A stretch of 64,000 nucleotides of DNA, from positions 32,001-96,000 of the forward strand of contig JBGAIQ010000004.1 in the NCBI GenBank assembly GCA_044225365.1, read 5' to 3'. Of the stretch, positions 27,681-37,223 are shown in pieces; position 1 is the first letter of the stretch; each line of letters begins with the position of its first letter. The notes under the pieces are model-generated. The model searched no databases, was not told the DNA's origin, and was given only the letters and a program-made list of their open reading frames with translations. The DNA is from Planctomycetota bacterium (GTDB taxonomy: Bacteria; Planctomycetota; B15-G4; JADJEK01). A program made the translations under genes and the position numbers.

Positions 27681-28550
27681 TCACGACGCTTTCGATTCCT
27701 TGCGTTTCCCAAGCACGATGTCGTGCTCGAGATGCGCACGCTGCGCCGCATAGAAGTCGCGCAGGAATTGCCGGTGATTCGCGACGTCGCCCTTGTATCC
27801 GATCTTGTTACGAATCTTCTCCGAGACGGCGACGAGTTGCTTCTTGTTCACGTCCGTCGCGGCGTGCAACAAGTCCTCGAGCACCTGCAGTTCGTAGATT
27901 CCGTAGATCGATAACTGCTCCCGCGTGAACGTATGCTCGAACTCGGCCCGTCGCGGACGGCCGAGTTCCTGCAGGAGCACCGCCGCGGGCGCCGCCACGA
28001 CGATCGTGCCCCCCAGGAGATCCCCCACCCGCAATCTTGAACGCAGGAACAGCGGCGGAATCATCGCGAGGATCACGACCGCAATGAGGAAGGCCGTCGA
28101 GCCGACGTGACTCTCCGACTTGTCGCGCGCATTCAGCGTGATCATCAACGCGGGAATTGCGAATTCGAAGTTACGGGTCAGATTCCGCGCAACGACTCCC
28201 TCGACGCGAAGCGCGCCACCCGAGCGGCTCATGACCCGAATGTGGAGTCGGCGTTTACCCGGAGTGGCCCCGCCGGGCTGCGACTCGAAGTAGATGAAGT
28301 AGCCATTCCAGATGAGGAACAAGGCGACGATGAATATCACGCTGAACATGCCGGATCCGGCGCCGCCCGTAGCGGCCACCCCGACGATCGTCAGAATGGT
28401 AACGACGATCATGGCGACGACGATCATGGCCGTGTCGTAGATCAGTGCACCGATGCGCTCGGCCGCGGCAGGGATTCGTAGTTCCAACGCGACCCCCTCC
28501 GGCGTGACGAGAGGGTGGAACCTCCTGACGGCTTCCGCCGATTCAGACAT
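27681..28550 (-). CDS. RDD family protein
   Basis: TPEGVAL...RIGALIYD...Y..YFE...ATPGKR...RNLTR...RVGDLLGGTIVV. Confidence 0.88.
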   Translation of the reverse strand: MSESAEAVRRFHPLVTPEGVALELRIPAAAERIGALIYDTAMIVVAMIVVTILTIVGVAATGGAGSGMFSVIFIVALFLIWNGYFIYFESQPGGATPGKRRLHIRVMSRSGGALRVEGVVARNLTRNFEFAIPALMITLNARDKSESHVGSTAFLIAVVILAMIPPLFLRSRLRVGDLLGGTIVVAAPAAVLLQELGRPRRAEFEHTFTREQLSIYGIYELQVLEDLLHAATDVNKKQLVAVSEKIRNKIGYKGDVANHRQFLRDFYAAQRAHLEHDIVLGKRKESKAS

Positions 28551-29556
28551 TTCGACCCCCCTTCGCTCGTCGGCCTGCGAGACCGAAATAGGACAACCAG
28601 AAGCAGGCGGTGAGCAACGCGACTCCGTATCGAACGTCGATGTCCTGCTCCACTTGACGGAAGATGCCCTCGATCAAACCCGCGATGAGGAGCATCCCCG
28701 TGACTCCCAGCATGGCGCGTGCGCCGCGCTGACCCTCCTCCACGATCGCGTCGATCCGCCGTTTCTCGCGGGGAAAGAGCATGGCCTTGCCAATGGCCAA
28801 CCCGGAGGCTGCCGCGATGCAGATCGCGAGCAACTCCGTGATCCCGTGAGGCAGGATCCAACCCCAGAAATCCTTCGCGAAGCCGCGAGTCGAGAAGACA
28901 GAAGCCAGAGCTCCAAGGCCGGATCCGGTGACGAGGAGCAACGGGAGGATCGGGATTCCGGCGGCGATACCGAGGGAGAAGGCGAGGATGGCCACATTCG
29001 TATTATGAGTGAACAGGAACGCGGCGAACGAACCAAGGGACCCGTGAAATTCCTTCAGTGCCGGATACAACGTACTTCTCAGTTCCTCCGTGGTCGCGAG
29101 TGGATCACGCCCTGCGGCGAGCCCCGGATCGATGAAAGCGTAATAGAGTTCCGGATCCCTTGCGGTCTCGACGAAACCCAACACCACCCCAGCGGCGATC
29201 GTCGACGCAGACAGGACGAGCCGACCCCCCTGCTCTCGAACCGCCCGCGGAAAGTCCGTCGTGATGAACCGCATTACGGTCGCGAGCCCGTTTCCGCGAG
29301 AGCCGTACACACAGCAATAAGCTCGGGCCCCGAGCGCCTCGAGATACTCGATGAGGTTGCGATCGAGCGAGATCGCGCGCGCGACCGAGAGCCCGGACAT
29401 CACCGTTCGATAGAGCTTGGGGAGCTCGATGATCTCGCCTGGCGCGAGCGAGCGGACTCCGTCCTTCTCGAACTTCCCGATGATCGACTGGAGACGTCGC
29501 CACTTCGCCTCCCGTTCTCTTCGGAACACGACGCTCTTCGGTGCTTGCGAATTCAT
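28543..29556 (-). CDS. Stage II sporulation protein M (SpoIIM/DUF95) family membrane protein
   Basis: FRREREAKW, LFTHNTNVA, ILPHGITEL, AGLIEG; ATGA overlap with the DUF58 stop. Confidence 0.85.
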   Translation of the reverse strand: MNSQAPKSVVFRREREAKWRRLQSIIGKFEKDGVRSLAPGEIIELPKLYRTVMSGLSVARAISLDRNLIEYLEALGARAYCCVYGSRGNGLATVMRFITTDFPRAVREQGGRLVLSASTIAAGVVLGFVETARDPELYYAFIDPGLAAGRDPLATTEELRSTLYPALKEFHGSLGSFAAFLFTHNTNVAILAFSLGIAAGIPILPLLLVTGSGLGALASVFSTRGFAKDFWGWILPHGITELLAICIAAASGLAIGKAMLFPREKRRIDAIVEEGQRGARAMLGVTGMLLIAGLIEGIFRQVEQDIDVRYGVALLTACFWLSYFGLAGRRAKGGRNV

Positions 29557-30890
29557 CCGACGAGCTCCCGGCGACGAATGGCTACATAGAGATTGAGAAG
29601 ACGCGCCGAGATCTGGCTCCAATGTGTATCGATACAGTGAACGCCCGCCGACTGCAGGGTACGCAAGACGATCTCGCGATCCCGCACGAGGTCGTCGGCC
29701 ACCGTCGCACGGGCGATATCGATCAGGGTTGGCGGAGGAGCATCGGCATCCGTCCCATTCCCTGCATCGCGTAACTCCTCGAGCAGCGGATCCCGCAGCG
29801 CGACGAATAGGACGACGTGCTTCCGCGCAAGCCGCGAGAGGTGGTCCGTCATCAATTCTGCGGTGACCGTGTCGACGAAGTCGGTGAGAACGACGACGAC
29901 CGAACGTCGCTTCAGCCGACCCGAGAGCTCCGTGATCGCAAGAGTGAAGTTCGATTCCACGCTCGCGTACTCGATGCCGGCGACGGCCTGTCGCAGGCGA
30001 TGCCAGGCGCGCTTGCCGCCGCTCGCTTCGACGTAGCTACGCGGGCGCGAATCGAACGCATAGAAACCCACTCGATCGCCGCCTCTCAGGGCGACGACGC
30101 CGAGTGCGAGAGCCGCTGCGGCGGCCCGATCGATTCGGGGAACGCCATCGAGCGGTTCACACATCAGTCGACCGCAGTCGAGTGCGAGCACGACCTGGTG
30201 GTTTCGCTCCTCGTGGAATTCCCGCATGAGGATCTTGCGGTGGCGGGCAGAGCTCTTCCAGTCGATGAGTCGCGTGTCGGCGCCTGCGAAGAACTCGCGC
30301 AGGGCGTGGAATTCCGAACCGCCCCCGAGAAACCGCGATCGTTGCTCGGTGACTTCGAAGGTCGGCGACGCGAGGAACGCGAGCGCCTCGTCCTTCGCCC
30401 GCTTGACGTCCGGAACCACGGGAAGCTCGATCGAAACGGGACGCTTGCCGAACACGGCCATGAATCCGAGCGGACCCTTCGTGCCCGTCCAAGCCTCGAC
30501 CACGCTCGCTCGGCCGCGACGGCTCGCCAGGAGATCCACTTCGATCACTCGATCGTCGGCTCCCAGGAGTTCGACGGCGAATTCCGGGATCACGCCGAGT
30601 TCACCCTCGACCTCGAGGCGACATCGCACCGGATAGCTGCGGTCTCGCGGATCGTGCAGACGGACGACGAGGCTCTCCCTGCGCCCGACGAGGAGCTCGG
30701 GTGGCGCGTCGAATTCGATCTCGAGCTGTGAAGGCCGAGGACAGAGAATGCCGTCGATCGCGGGCAAGAGCAGGCAGGCGACGAACCACGCGAGCCACAG
30801 GATCGAGAACCATGACGGCGCGAGTGCGACGCCGATCCCGAGCGGGATCAGACATGCGAACAGGATCATGGTGCGAAGGGTCGGGTGCAT
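29553..30890 (-). CDS. DUF58 (vWA-like) protein
   Basis: GSEFHALREF..G.D.R.IDWKSSAR, LDCGRLM, GDRVG, VVLTDF. Confidence 0.88.
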   Translation of the reverse strand: MHPTLRTMILFACLIPLGIGVALAPSWFSILWLAWFVACLLLPAIDGILCPRPSQLEIEFDAPPELLVGRRESLVVRLHDPRDRSYPVRCRLEVEGELGVIPEFAVELLGADDRVIEVDLLASRRGRASVVEAWTGTKGPLGFMAVFGKRPVSIELPVVPDVKRAKDEALAFLASPTFEVTEQRSRFLGGGSEFHALREFFAGADTRLIDWKSSARHRKILMREFHEERNHQVVLALDCGRLMCEPLDGVPRIDRAAAAALALGVVALRGGDRVGFYAFDSRPRSYVEASGGKRAWHRLRQAVAGIEYASVESNFTLAITELSGRLKRRSVVVVLTDFVDTVTAELMTDHLSRLARKHVVLFVALRDPLLEELRDAGNGTDADAPPPTLIDIARATVADDLVRDREIVLRTLQSAGVHCIDTHWSQISARLLNLYVAIRRRELVG

Positions 30891-30909
30891 GGATTCGATC
30901 GACCGATCG

Positions 30910-31863
30910 TCACCTCGGCGCGGTGACGCGATTCAGGATCTCCTCGACGATCGACGCGGCGGACGCTCCCTCGATCTCGGCAGCGGGCGATATCACGATC
31001 CGGTGTCGGAGAAGCGGGGTTGCGAGTCGTTTCACGTCGTCCGGGATCACGAAGTCACGTCCTTGGATCACGGCATGAGCTCGCGACGCGGCGGCGAGCA
31101 TGTTGAGAGCGCGTGGCGAAGCGCCGAGCTGCAGGGCCGAGTGCTCGCGTGTCGCGCGAATGACATCCACTGCGTAGTCGAGGATCTCGTCGGTGGCCTT
31201 CACCTCCCGCACGGTCGCGCGCGCGGCCTCGAGACCCTGTAGGTCCAAGACGGATTCGATCTGTTCCAGCTGTGTCTCGCTGCGAAACGCGCCGCCGTGC
31301 TTTCGCACCATGGCGCGCTCCTGATCGCGTGTCGGATATCCGATCTCGATCTTGAAGAGGAAGCGGTCGAGCTGCGCCTCGGGAAGCGGATAGGTTCCTT
31401 CGTGCTCGACGGGATTCTGGGTCGCCACGACGATGAAACCCGCGCCGAGCGCGTGCGTCTTGCCGTCGAGCGAGACGGCTCGTTCCTGCATCGCCTGGAG
31501 CAGAGCGGACTGCGTCTTCGGCGGCGCCCGATTGATCTCGTCGGCGAGCAGGAACTCCGTGAAGATCGGGCCCTTGGTCAACGTGAACTGATTCGTCCCG
31601 AAGTTGAAGAGATTGGTGCCGACGATGTCCGCGGGCATCAGATCGGGCGTGAACTGGATGCGGCGATACTCGAGATTCAGACACCGCGACAACGACTTGG
31701 CGAGCAGCGTCTTCGCCGTCCCGGGCGGACCTTCGAGCAGGACGTGGCCTTCGGCCAGGAGCGCGACGACGATGAGATCGATCGCTTCTTCGAGGCCGAC
31801 CAGCACCTTGCCGAGTTGCTCGCGCACGCGAGCAACGGCGTTATCGATCGAGAGACGGTCCAC
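30910..31863 (-). CDS. moxR: MoxR family AAA+ ATPase
   Basis: [58 protein letters not shown]; GTG start 31863 with AAGGAG RBS. Confidence 0.93.
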   Translation of the reverse strand: MDRLSIDNAVARVREQLGKVLVGLEEAIDLIVVALLAEGHVLLEGPPGTAKTLLAKSLSRCLNLEYRRIQFTPDLMPADIVGTNLFNFGTNQFTLTKGPIFTEFLLADEINRAPPKTQSALLQAMQERAVSLDGKTHALGAGFIVVATQNPVEHEGTYPLPEAQLDRFLFKIEIGYPTRDQERAMVRKHGGAFRSETQLEQIESVLDLQGLEAARATVREVKATDEILDYAVDVIRATREHSALQLGASPRALNMLAAASRAHAVIQGRDFVIPDDVKRLATPLLRHRIVISPAAEIEGASAASIVEEILNRVTAPR

Positions 31864-33064
31864 TCGTGATCTCCTTCTGCCAACGCCGTAGTTCCGCGAT
31901 CGCGTCGAGAACGCGTCGTTCGTCGGACCGCCATTTGATCCTCGTGTCCTCGAACGCCTCGAGCCAGCGATCGAGATCGAATTCCATTTCTCGAGCGCGC
32001 GTTCGCCGCACGAGAATCGCGTGCCGCGACGCTTCGTCCGTGCGGTCCGGCAATCCGAGTGCGCGACCGACATCGTGTTCGACGATCGCGCGATAGCGTC
32101 TCAGCATCGCATGCGGCATCGCGAGATCGTTCTGGAGCTCGGCAGTGCTGTCGATCAAGGCCCGCTTGCCGAACCCGATCGCCGGCTTGCTCTTCGCCGG
32201 TCGCCCAAACCGGCGAGAGCCGAGCCAGACGACGACGACCGAGAGCAGCACGCCGAGCGTGATGGGAAGCAGCGGCATCTTGATCATCTCGCGCCAGAAC
32301 CCTCGCTCCACGCCCGATCCATGGATCGTCTCGTCGATCACGATCGGTTCGCCTGGAATCGCGAGCTCCAGGATCAGCGATCGCAGGAAATCGGTGCGAC
32401 GGAGCCCACCAATGCCGTGGTTCTCGATCAGGTCAGGTTCGGTGAGGACGTAGATCGGACGATTGTCGTTGGTGCGACCGAGCAAGACGCCGTTCTTCGT
32501 TTCGATCAAGGGCTCGAGCGAGCTCTCGGCGAGAACCTGCACTCCCTTGATGTCGAGCGACACGTCGCCGTACACACCGGTTTCGACGGTTTCGACCGGA
32601 TCCGTCTCCTTCGACCGTACGATCGTGCCGTGGATCCCGCACGCCTCGAGCAACTTCGAGATCTGCGTGGGCGAGACGTCGGATACGGCGCCCACCCACC
32701 GATCATCCACCTCGTCAGGACGCCCCTCGCGCTTGGGAAGGACGAGCAAGGTCGGCGCCGTGCGATTCCTGATCTCGGTCGCGTGCAGGACGTACTGCCA
32801 ATCGGCTCGCGGCTCGAGCATCAGCAATGGCTGCTCCGCGGCAGCCCGGCGAGTCGACAGGGCCCGTGCGACGATCGTGGGATGACCGAGCGCGCGGATC
32901 CAGTCGATGAACACATGGTGACCCAATGCGGAAACGGAGGCTGCGTCGGGCTGGACCGAGCGCTCGGCGTCGAGGAAGTCGGAGGTCAGGCCGGCGACGA
33001 TGGCCACGCCGAACGCCACGGCCGCGACCGCGAGGAAGAGGATGAGTCGGACCTTCGCGTTCAC
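31841..33064 (-). CDS. DUF4350-like membrane-anchored protein
   Basis: N- and C-terminal [15 protein letters not shown] motif; typical position upstream of moxR. Confidence 0.7.
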   Translation of the reverse strand: MNAKVRLILFLAVAAVAFGVAIVAGLTSDFLDAERSVQPDAASVSALGHHVFIDWIRALGHPTIVARALSTRRAAAEQPLLMLEPRADWQYVLHATEIRNRTAPTLLVLPKREGRPDEVDDRWVGAVSDVSPTQISKLLEACGIHGTIVRSKETDPVETVETGVYGDVSLDIKGVQVLAESSLEPLIETKNGVLLGRTNDNRPIYVLTEPDLIENHGIGGLRRTDFLRSLILELAIPGEPIVIDETIHGSGVERGFWREMIKMPLLPITLGVLLSVVVVWLGSRRFGRPAKSKPAIGFGKRALIDSTAELQNDLAMPHAMLRRYRAIVEHDVGRALGLPDRTDEASRHAILVRRTRAREMEFDLDRWLEAFEDTRIKWRSDERRVLDAIAELRRWQKEITSGPSLDR

Positions 33065-33894
33065 TCCGCTCGCCCCTTCATGGCCAGCGCATCGAAGATC
33101 TCGCGGCACGTCTCGTACTCCACGCGATCGATCTCGAGTTCTCCGAAGACGCCGCGCTCGACCGCCGACACCAATCGCTCGAATCCAGAGCGAACGGTGG
33201 GATCGAAGCCAAGTCGCGTGACGAGTTCGCGGCTCGTCCACGATGCCGGAATCACGATCGACCGCTCGCTCGACAAGTTGGCGAGCAGCGCGAGAAGGAG
33301 AGCGTGGATCGCCTCGGCGTAACGACCCTCCCTCGCGAGCTCCGCGGCGTCGCCCGGGGCTTCGAGCGCGACGGATTCCACGGTCCTTCTTGGTTCGCGT
33401 CGAGTCGCTCGTGGAATACGAGCGGCAGCTTGCGAACCACGGCCCATGCGAAGTCGTTCGACGACGAAGTATACGACCGCCAATGCGCAGACCCCGATCA
33501 GGATCTTCACGACGACCGCGGCGAATCCACCGAGCGAAGAAAGCCACGAGAACCACTGCGAGTCGCCGTGCGTTTCCGGTTCGTCCGTCGAGTCGACCCG
33601 TCGCGATCCGAATCGCGGCGGTGACGACTCTCCCTTTCCGCTCTCGCGCTCGTTGGACGCGCTTGCAGCGCCGGCGGATCGATCGTTCGCGAGTTTCTCG
33701 TCGGGGAGCTGGGTCTGGATCCGTCGATCGCGAAGCAACTCATCGAGGATCGGATCACCGCCGAATGCGCGTGGCGAGAACGAGAAGAGCCCCGTGAGAA
33801 CGACAGCGGCCATCGCCGGGAGGATCGCTCCTCCCGCGAATTTCGCGTCTGCACTCTCTTCCGCCGGCTCGATCTGTCGCCGCATCCTGCTCAC
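33061..33894 (-). CDS. DUF4129-like membrane protein
   Basis: AELAREGRYAEAIHALL...SWTSREL...VERGVFG; typical position in the MoxR operon; start uncertain. Confidence 0.7.
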   Translation of the reverse strand: MSRMRRQIEPAEESADAKFAGGAILPAMAAVVLTGLFSFSPRAFGGDPILDELLRDRRIQTQLPDEKLANDRSAGAASASNERESGKGESSPPRFGSRRVDSTDEPETHGDSQWFSWLSSLGGFAAVVVKILIGVCALAVVYFVVERLRMGRGSQAAARIPRATRREPRRTVESVALEAPGDAAELAREGRYAEAIHALLLALLANLSSERSIVIPASWTSRELVTRLGFDPTVRSGFERLVSAVERGVFGELEIDRVEYETCREIFDALAMKGRAE

Positions 33895-33944
33895 GCACTC
33901 TCCGATCGGGAGGAGAGTATCGCATCGAGCGACTCATGTCACAA

Positions 33945-35339
33945 TCACGGCTCGTATTCGTTGAGGCCGCCGTCGCCGTCCTCGTTGTCGTCGAACCAGC
34001 GATCGAGGAGTTCGAACCAGGTGTCGATCTTGCCGTCCTTGGGGGTGAGACCGTCCTTCAGGAACGCGAAGCGGCCGAACGCGCCGCCCTTGCCCTCGAA
34101 CGGTGTGTACCACGGGAAGAGTCGCCACCGGCCGGGCGCCGGGAACACGACGAACACTCCGTTCTTCCCCTCCTCGAATCCGGGATACCCGTCCATTCCG
34201 AACGACGAGACGACGAAACGGTCGACGGCGACGGTCACCGCAGCGGCCGCCTCGCGCGCGATTGCGGCGAGCGCTTCGCTCTTGCTCGCGCGCGAGCACA
34301 GATCGAAGAGATCGACGTAGGGCCCGGTGTCCGAGTAGTTCATCGCTGCACCGGTTCCCGGCCCGCGCATCGCGAAGAACGCGTCCTTCGCGCGATCGGA
34401 GTCGACGGCGAGGGCGCGGGCGAACGTATCGAACGCGAGTTTGACGTCGACGGCCGCGATCATGTCGTAGCAGGCCGCAGTCTCGTGCGCGACGTCGCGA
34501 CCGCGCGCCTTGGTCGCCTCTCGTCCCTTCTTGCCCTCCGACACGACGAGTTTCCCGAAGTCCACGGGCGTGAGTTTCGAGAGATCGACGATGCCATCGT
34601 CGACCGTGCTCGCATGACCCGAAGAACGCATGCGCACGAACGCTCGATCCCAGTCGAGCGGCGGTCCGACGTTCGGGATCGCCACCATCGTGTCTGCCAT
34701 GAATCCCTTCGCGCCGGGTCGCTTCGGGCTCCATTGGTAGGCCGCCTCGATCTCCCCCATGTTGCACAATTCGAGCGCGAGCAGATCGACGTGGGCTTCC
34801 GGCCCCTCGCCCTCGCTGAGGGCAGGGAAATACATGTCGTGGCCACTCTTCTCGTCCGGGCACATGCTCTCGCCGCTCGCGTGGCTGTAGATCATGAGGC
34901 CCGTGTAGCGCGCGGGGGAGGTCGCCTTGCCGAACGCGACGAAGCGCCGGAGCAACGCGGGATCCGCGGAGTCGACCTCCGTATCGGAGTCGAGCTTCAG
35001 TTCCGGGAGGAACTCGCCGCCCCCGAGTCGCTCGACGGAGTCCTTCTTCAAGCGGTAGAGCCTGCAGCCCGTGAAGTCCTCGCCGAACAGGTCCTTCTCG
35101 CTCGAGTACGCCTCGCTGCGATCGATCAGCACGAGCACGTCGATCGCGGGGTCGTCGTCGATCGCCTTGCGCACGGAGTCGAGGAAACCCTGGAGCGGAC
35201 CATCGCAACTGTTGTCGGCCGCACCGTAGACGAGGATCGTCCACGGCCGCTCGGCGCGCACCTCGGCGCCGGTAGCGCGGCTCGAAGCGAAACTGAATCC
35301 GACGAACATGGAAAGGACGACGAAACGGAAGAAGCGCAT
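33945..35339 (-). CDS. Secreted clostripain-family (C11) cysteine peptidase
   Basis: Signal peptide; WTILVYGAADN, YSHASG (His), LELCNMGEIEAAY (Cys), YVDLFD. Confidence 0.8.
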   Translation of the reverse strand: MRFFRFVVLSMFVGFSFASSRATGAEVRAERPWTILVYGAADNSCDGPLQGFLDSVRKAIDDDPAIDVLVLIDRSEAYSSEKDLFGEDFTGCRLYRLKKDSVERLGGGEFLPELKLDSDTEVDSADPALLRRFVAFGKATSPARYTGLMIYSHASGESMCPDEKSGHDMYFPALSEGEGPEAHVDLLALELCNMGEIEAAYQWSPKRPGAKGFMADTMVAIPNVGPPLDWDRAFVRMRSSGHASTVDDGIVDLSKLTPVDFGKLVVSEGKKGREATKARGRDVAHETAACYDMIAAVDVKLAFDTFARALAVDSDRAKDAFFAMRGPGTGAAMNYSDTGPYVDLFDLCSRASKSEALAAIAREAAAAVTVAVDRFVVSSFGMDGYPGFEEGKNGVFVVFPAPGRWRLFPWYTPFEGKGGAFGRFAFLKDGLTPKDGKIDTWFELLDRWFDDNEDGDGGLNEYEP

Positions 35340-35409
35340 CGCGGTCTCCGATTCCCGAAGTGAAGGCACCACGAACGAAGAACGTAACAAAGTCGATCGC
35401 GTTGGAAGA

Positions 35410-35438
35410 TTGACCGCGAGCCCTTTGCGTCATACCAT
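35410..35438 (+). promoter_or_regulatory. Putative sigma70 promoter driving the cobalamin riboswitch transcript
   Basis: TTGACC-N17-TACCAT immediately upstream of riboswitch P1. Confidence 0.6.
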
Positions 35439-35443
35439 CCTGG

Positions 35444-35642
35444 GGCTCGAGGTCTCGTCCGCTCGTTGCGGTCGAGCCATGAGGGAAGCGGGTGAGAATC
35501 CCGCGCGGTCGCGCCACTGTGAGCGGCGAGTCGCATCCTCCTCGTAAACGCCACTGGGTTCGCGCTTGCCTTTGCGAGCGCAAGACCTGGGAAGGCCGAG
35601 GATCGACGTCAGAAGCCGTCAGCCAGGAGACCTGCCTCGAGC
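35444..35642 (+). promoter_or_regulatory. Cobalamin (AdoCbl) riboswitch
   Basis: AGGGAAGCGGGTGAGAATCCCGCGCGGTCGCGCCACTGTGA, GCCACTGGG...CTGGGAAGG, B12 box AGCCAGGAGACCTGCC; closing stem GCTCGAGG/CCTCGAGC. Confidence 0.92.
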
Positions 35643-35815
35643 ATCGTGGTGAGCACGCTCCGCGAAGAGCGTGACGACTTCGAACGTCGCCATCCCTTCG
35701 CGAAATCGTGATTCAGCACGAAATGGACGTCGCTCGCGGAGCTGCGCCGTCCACTCGACCGCTCCAACTCGATCGCGAGTTCGAGCGAGTCGGTTCGCTC
35801 CAGATAGGGATTCTC

Positions 35816-37132
35816 ATGTCTGCTTCTCGATTCTCCTGTATCGCGGCTCTCGCCGCGGTCGTCGCCCCCGCGTTCGCCGCGGGCGCCGTGTCCGTTTCGC
35901 CCGGCTTCCAATCGAGTCTCTCCACGCCCGCTCCCGGGTTCTTCATCTCGGGAATGGACTTCCTGCCGAATGGCAATCTCGCGGTCTTCGACGGCAACTC
36001 GATCGTCGAGGTGGATCGCGCGAGCGGCGCGGTCCTCGCGACTCTCTATACGCCGCCCGGATTCGTCTTCGGGAGTTTCGTCCAAACCGCTCCGAACGGT
36101 CAGTTCCTGTTGTTCGGGAACAGCACGAACGATCAGATCGTGAAGATCCCGCTCGACGGAGGGCCGCCGAGCCCGATCACGACGCTTCACTACAATTTCG
36201 ACCTGGTGTTCGAGAGCGATGATAGTGCGCTGGTCTCCGCCGCGACGATTCCGGGCCATAACGAGATCGTTCGCGTCGATCTGAATTCGGGCGCCACCGA
36301 CGTGATCGCCGACTTTCTCGGGGCGTCCGGGCCGCTCGCCCTCGATCGCTTCGGCAATCTCTACTATTGCGAGGCCGCCAACACGTTTCCGCCGCCGCCG
36401 GGCGGACAGGACGTCCTGCGCTTCGACGCCGCGGTGGTCGCCACGGCCGCGGGCCCGGGCGTCCTGACGGTGAATGACGCGACGATCGTCGTCTCCGGAC
36501 TCACCACGGGAACGGACATGATCATCGACGAAGAGGGCGATCTGGTGATCGCCGTCGATGGCAACGAAGCGAGCCACGACATGACCGTCCGTGAATACAC
36601 GACGGGCGGCACGCTGAAGAGCACGTTGGCCGAGAGCAACGCGTTCGAGTACATCGGGCCCATCGCGTTCCGCGGCAACGGAACGACGAAGCCTTCGGCG
36701 TTCGGCGCTTTCCAGCCCGAGAATGGCGGCTCGCTCGCGCTGATCTCGACCGACTTCTTCAACTTCACCGATCTGCAGATCTTCACACCGAAGCGCGCCA
36801 CGCTCGAGACGAATCCGCCGTCCCCGATCCCGCTCGGGAACTTCACGTTCGAACTCGACGACGGGCCGCCCTCGGGCGTCGCGCTCCTCTTCCTGGCGAC
36901 TTCGAATCTCGCCACCGAGATCCCGGTGTTCTCGGGCGGCGTGCCCTTCTTGTTCGGCATCGATCCGTCGACGATCGTCCTCTCCGTCGCGATCCCCCTC
37001 GACGCGCAGGGCGAACTCTCGATCCCGACGACGAACCACGGTACATCGGGCACGGTGCACGTGCAGGCCGCGCTGCTGACCTCGGGCGGCGGCGTCGGCA
37101 CCACGACGCCCCTCGCGCTCACTTTGCAGTAA
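35816..37132 (+). CDS. Secreted beta-propeller-like protein under cobalamin riboswitch control, with C-terminal putative sorting domain
   Basis: Signal peptide (…PAFA); repeated blade-like motifs (MDFLPNGNL, LALDRFGNLY, MIIDEEGDLV); start ATG 35816. Confidence 0.75.
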   Translation: MSASRFSCIAALAAVVAPAFAAGAVSVSPGFQSSLSTPAPGFFISGMDFLPNGNLAVFDGNSIVEVDRASGAVLATLYTPPGFVFGSFVQTAPNGQFLLFGNSTNDQIVKIPLDGGPPSPITTLHYNFDLVFESDDSALVSAATIPGHNEIVRVDLNSGATDVIADFLGASGPLALDRFGNLYYCEAANTFPPPPGGQDVLRFDAAVVATAAGPGVLTVNDATIVVSGLTTGTDMIIDEEGDLVIAVDGNEASHDMTVREYTTGGTLKSTLAESNAFEYIGPIAFRGNGTTKPSAFGAFQPENGGSLALISTDFFNFTDLQIFTPKRATLETNPPSPIPLGNFTFELDDGPPSGVALLFLATSNLATEIPVFSGGVPFLFGIDPSTIVLSVAIPLDAQGELSIPTTNHGTSGTVHVQAALLTSGGGVGTTTPLALTLQ

Positions 37133-37152
37133 CGACGCGCCAGACGCTGACG

Positions 37153-37178
37153 GCGGGGCGGACGGCTGTCCGCCCCGC
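37153..37178 (+). terminator. GC-rich hairpin (terminator or RNA stabiliser)
   Basis: GCGGGGCGGAC-GGCT-GTCCGCCCCGC, perfect 11-bp stem; no U tract. Confidence 0.45.
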
Positions 37179-37223
37179 GTGGGATTCATTACGATGCGGT
37201 CGCGCTTCCAAGAGGTGCGCGCC

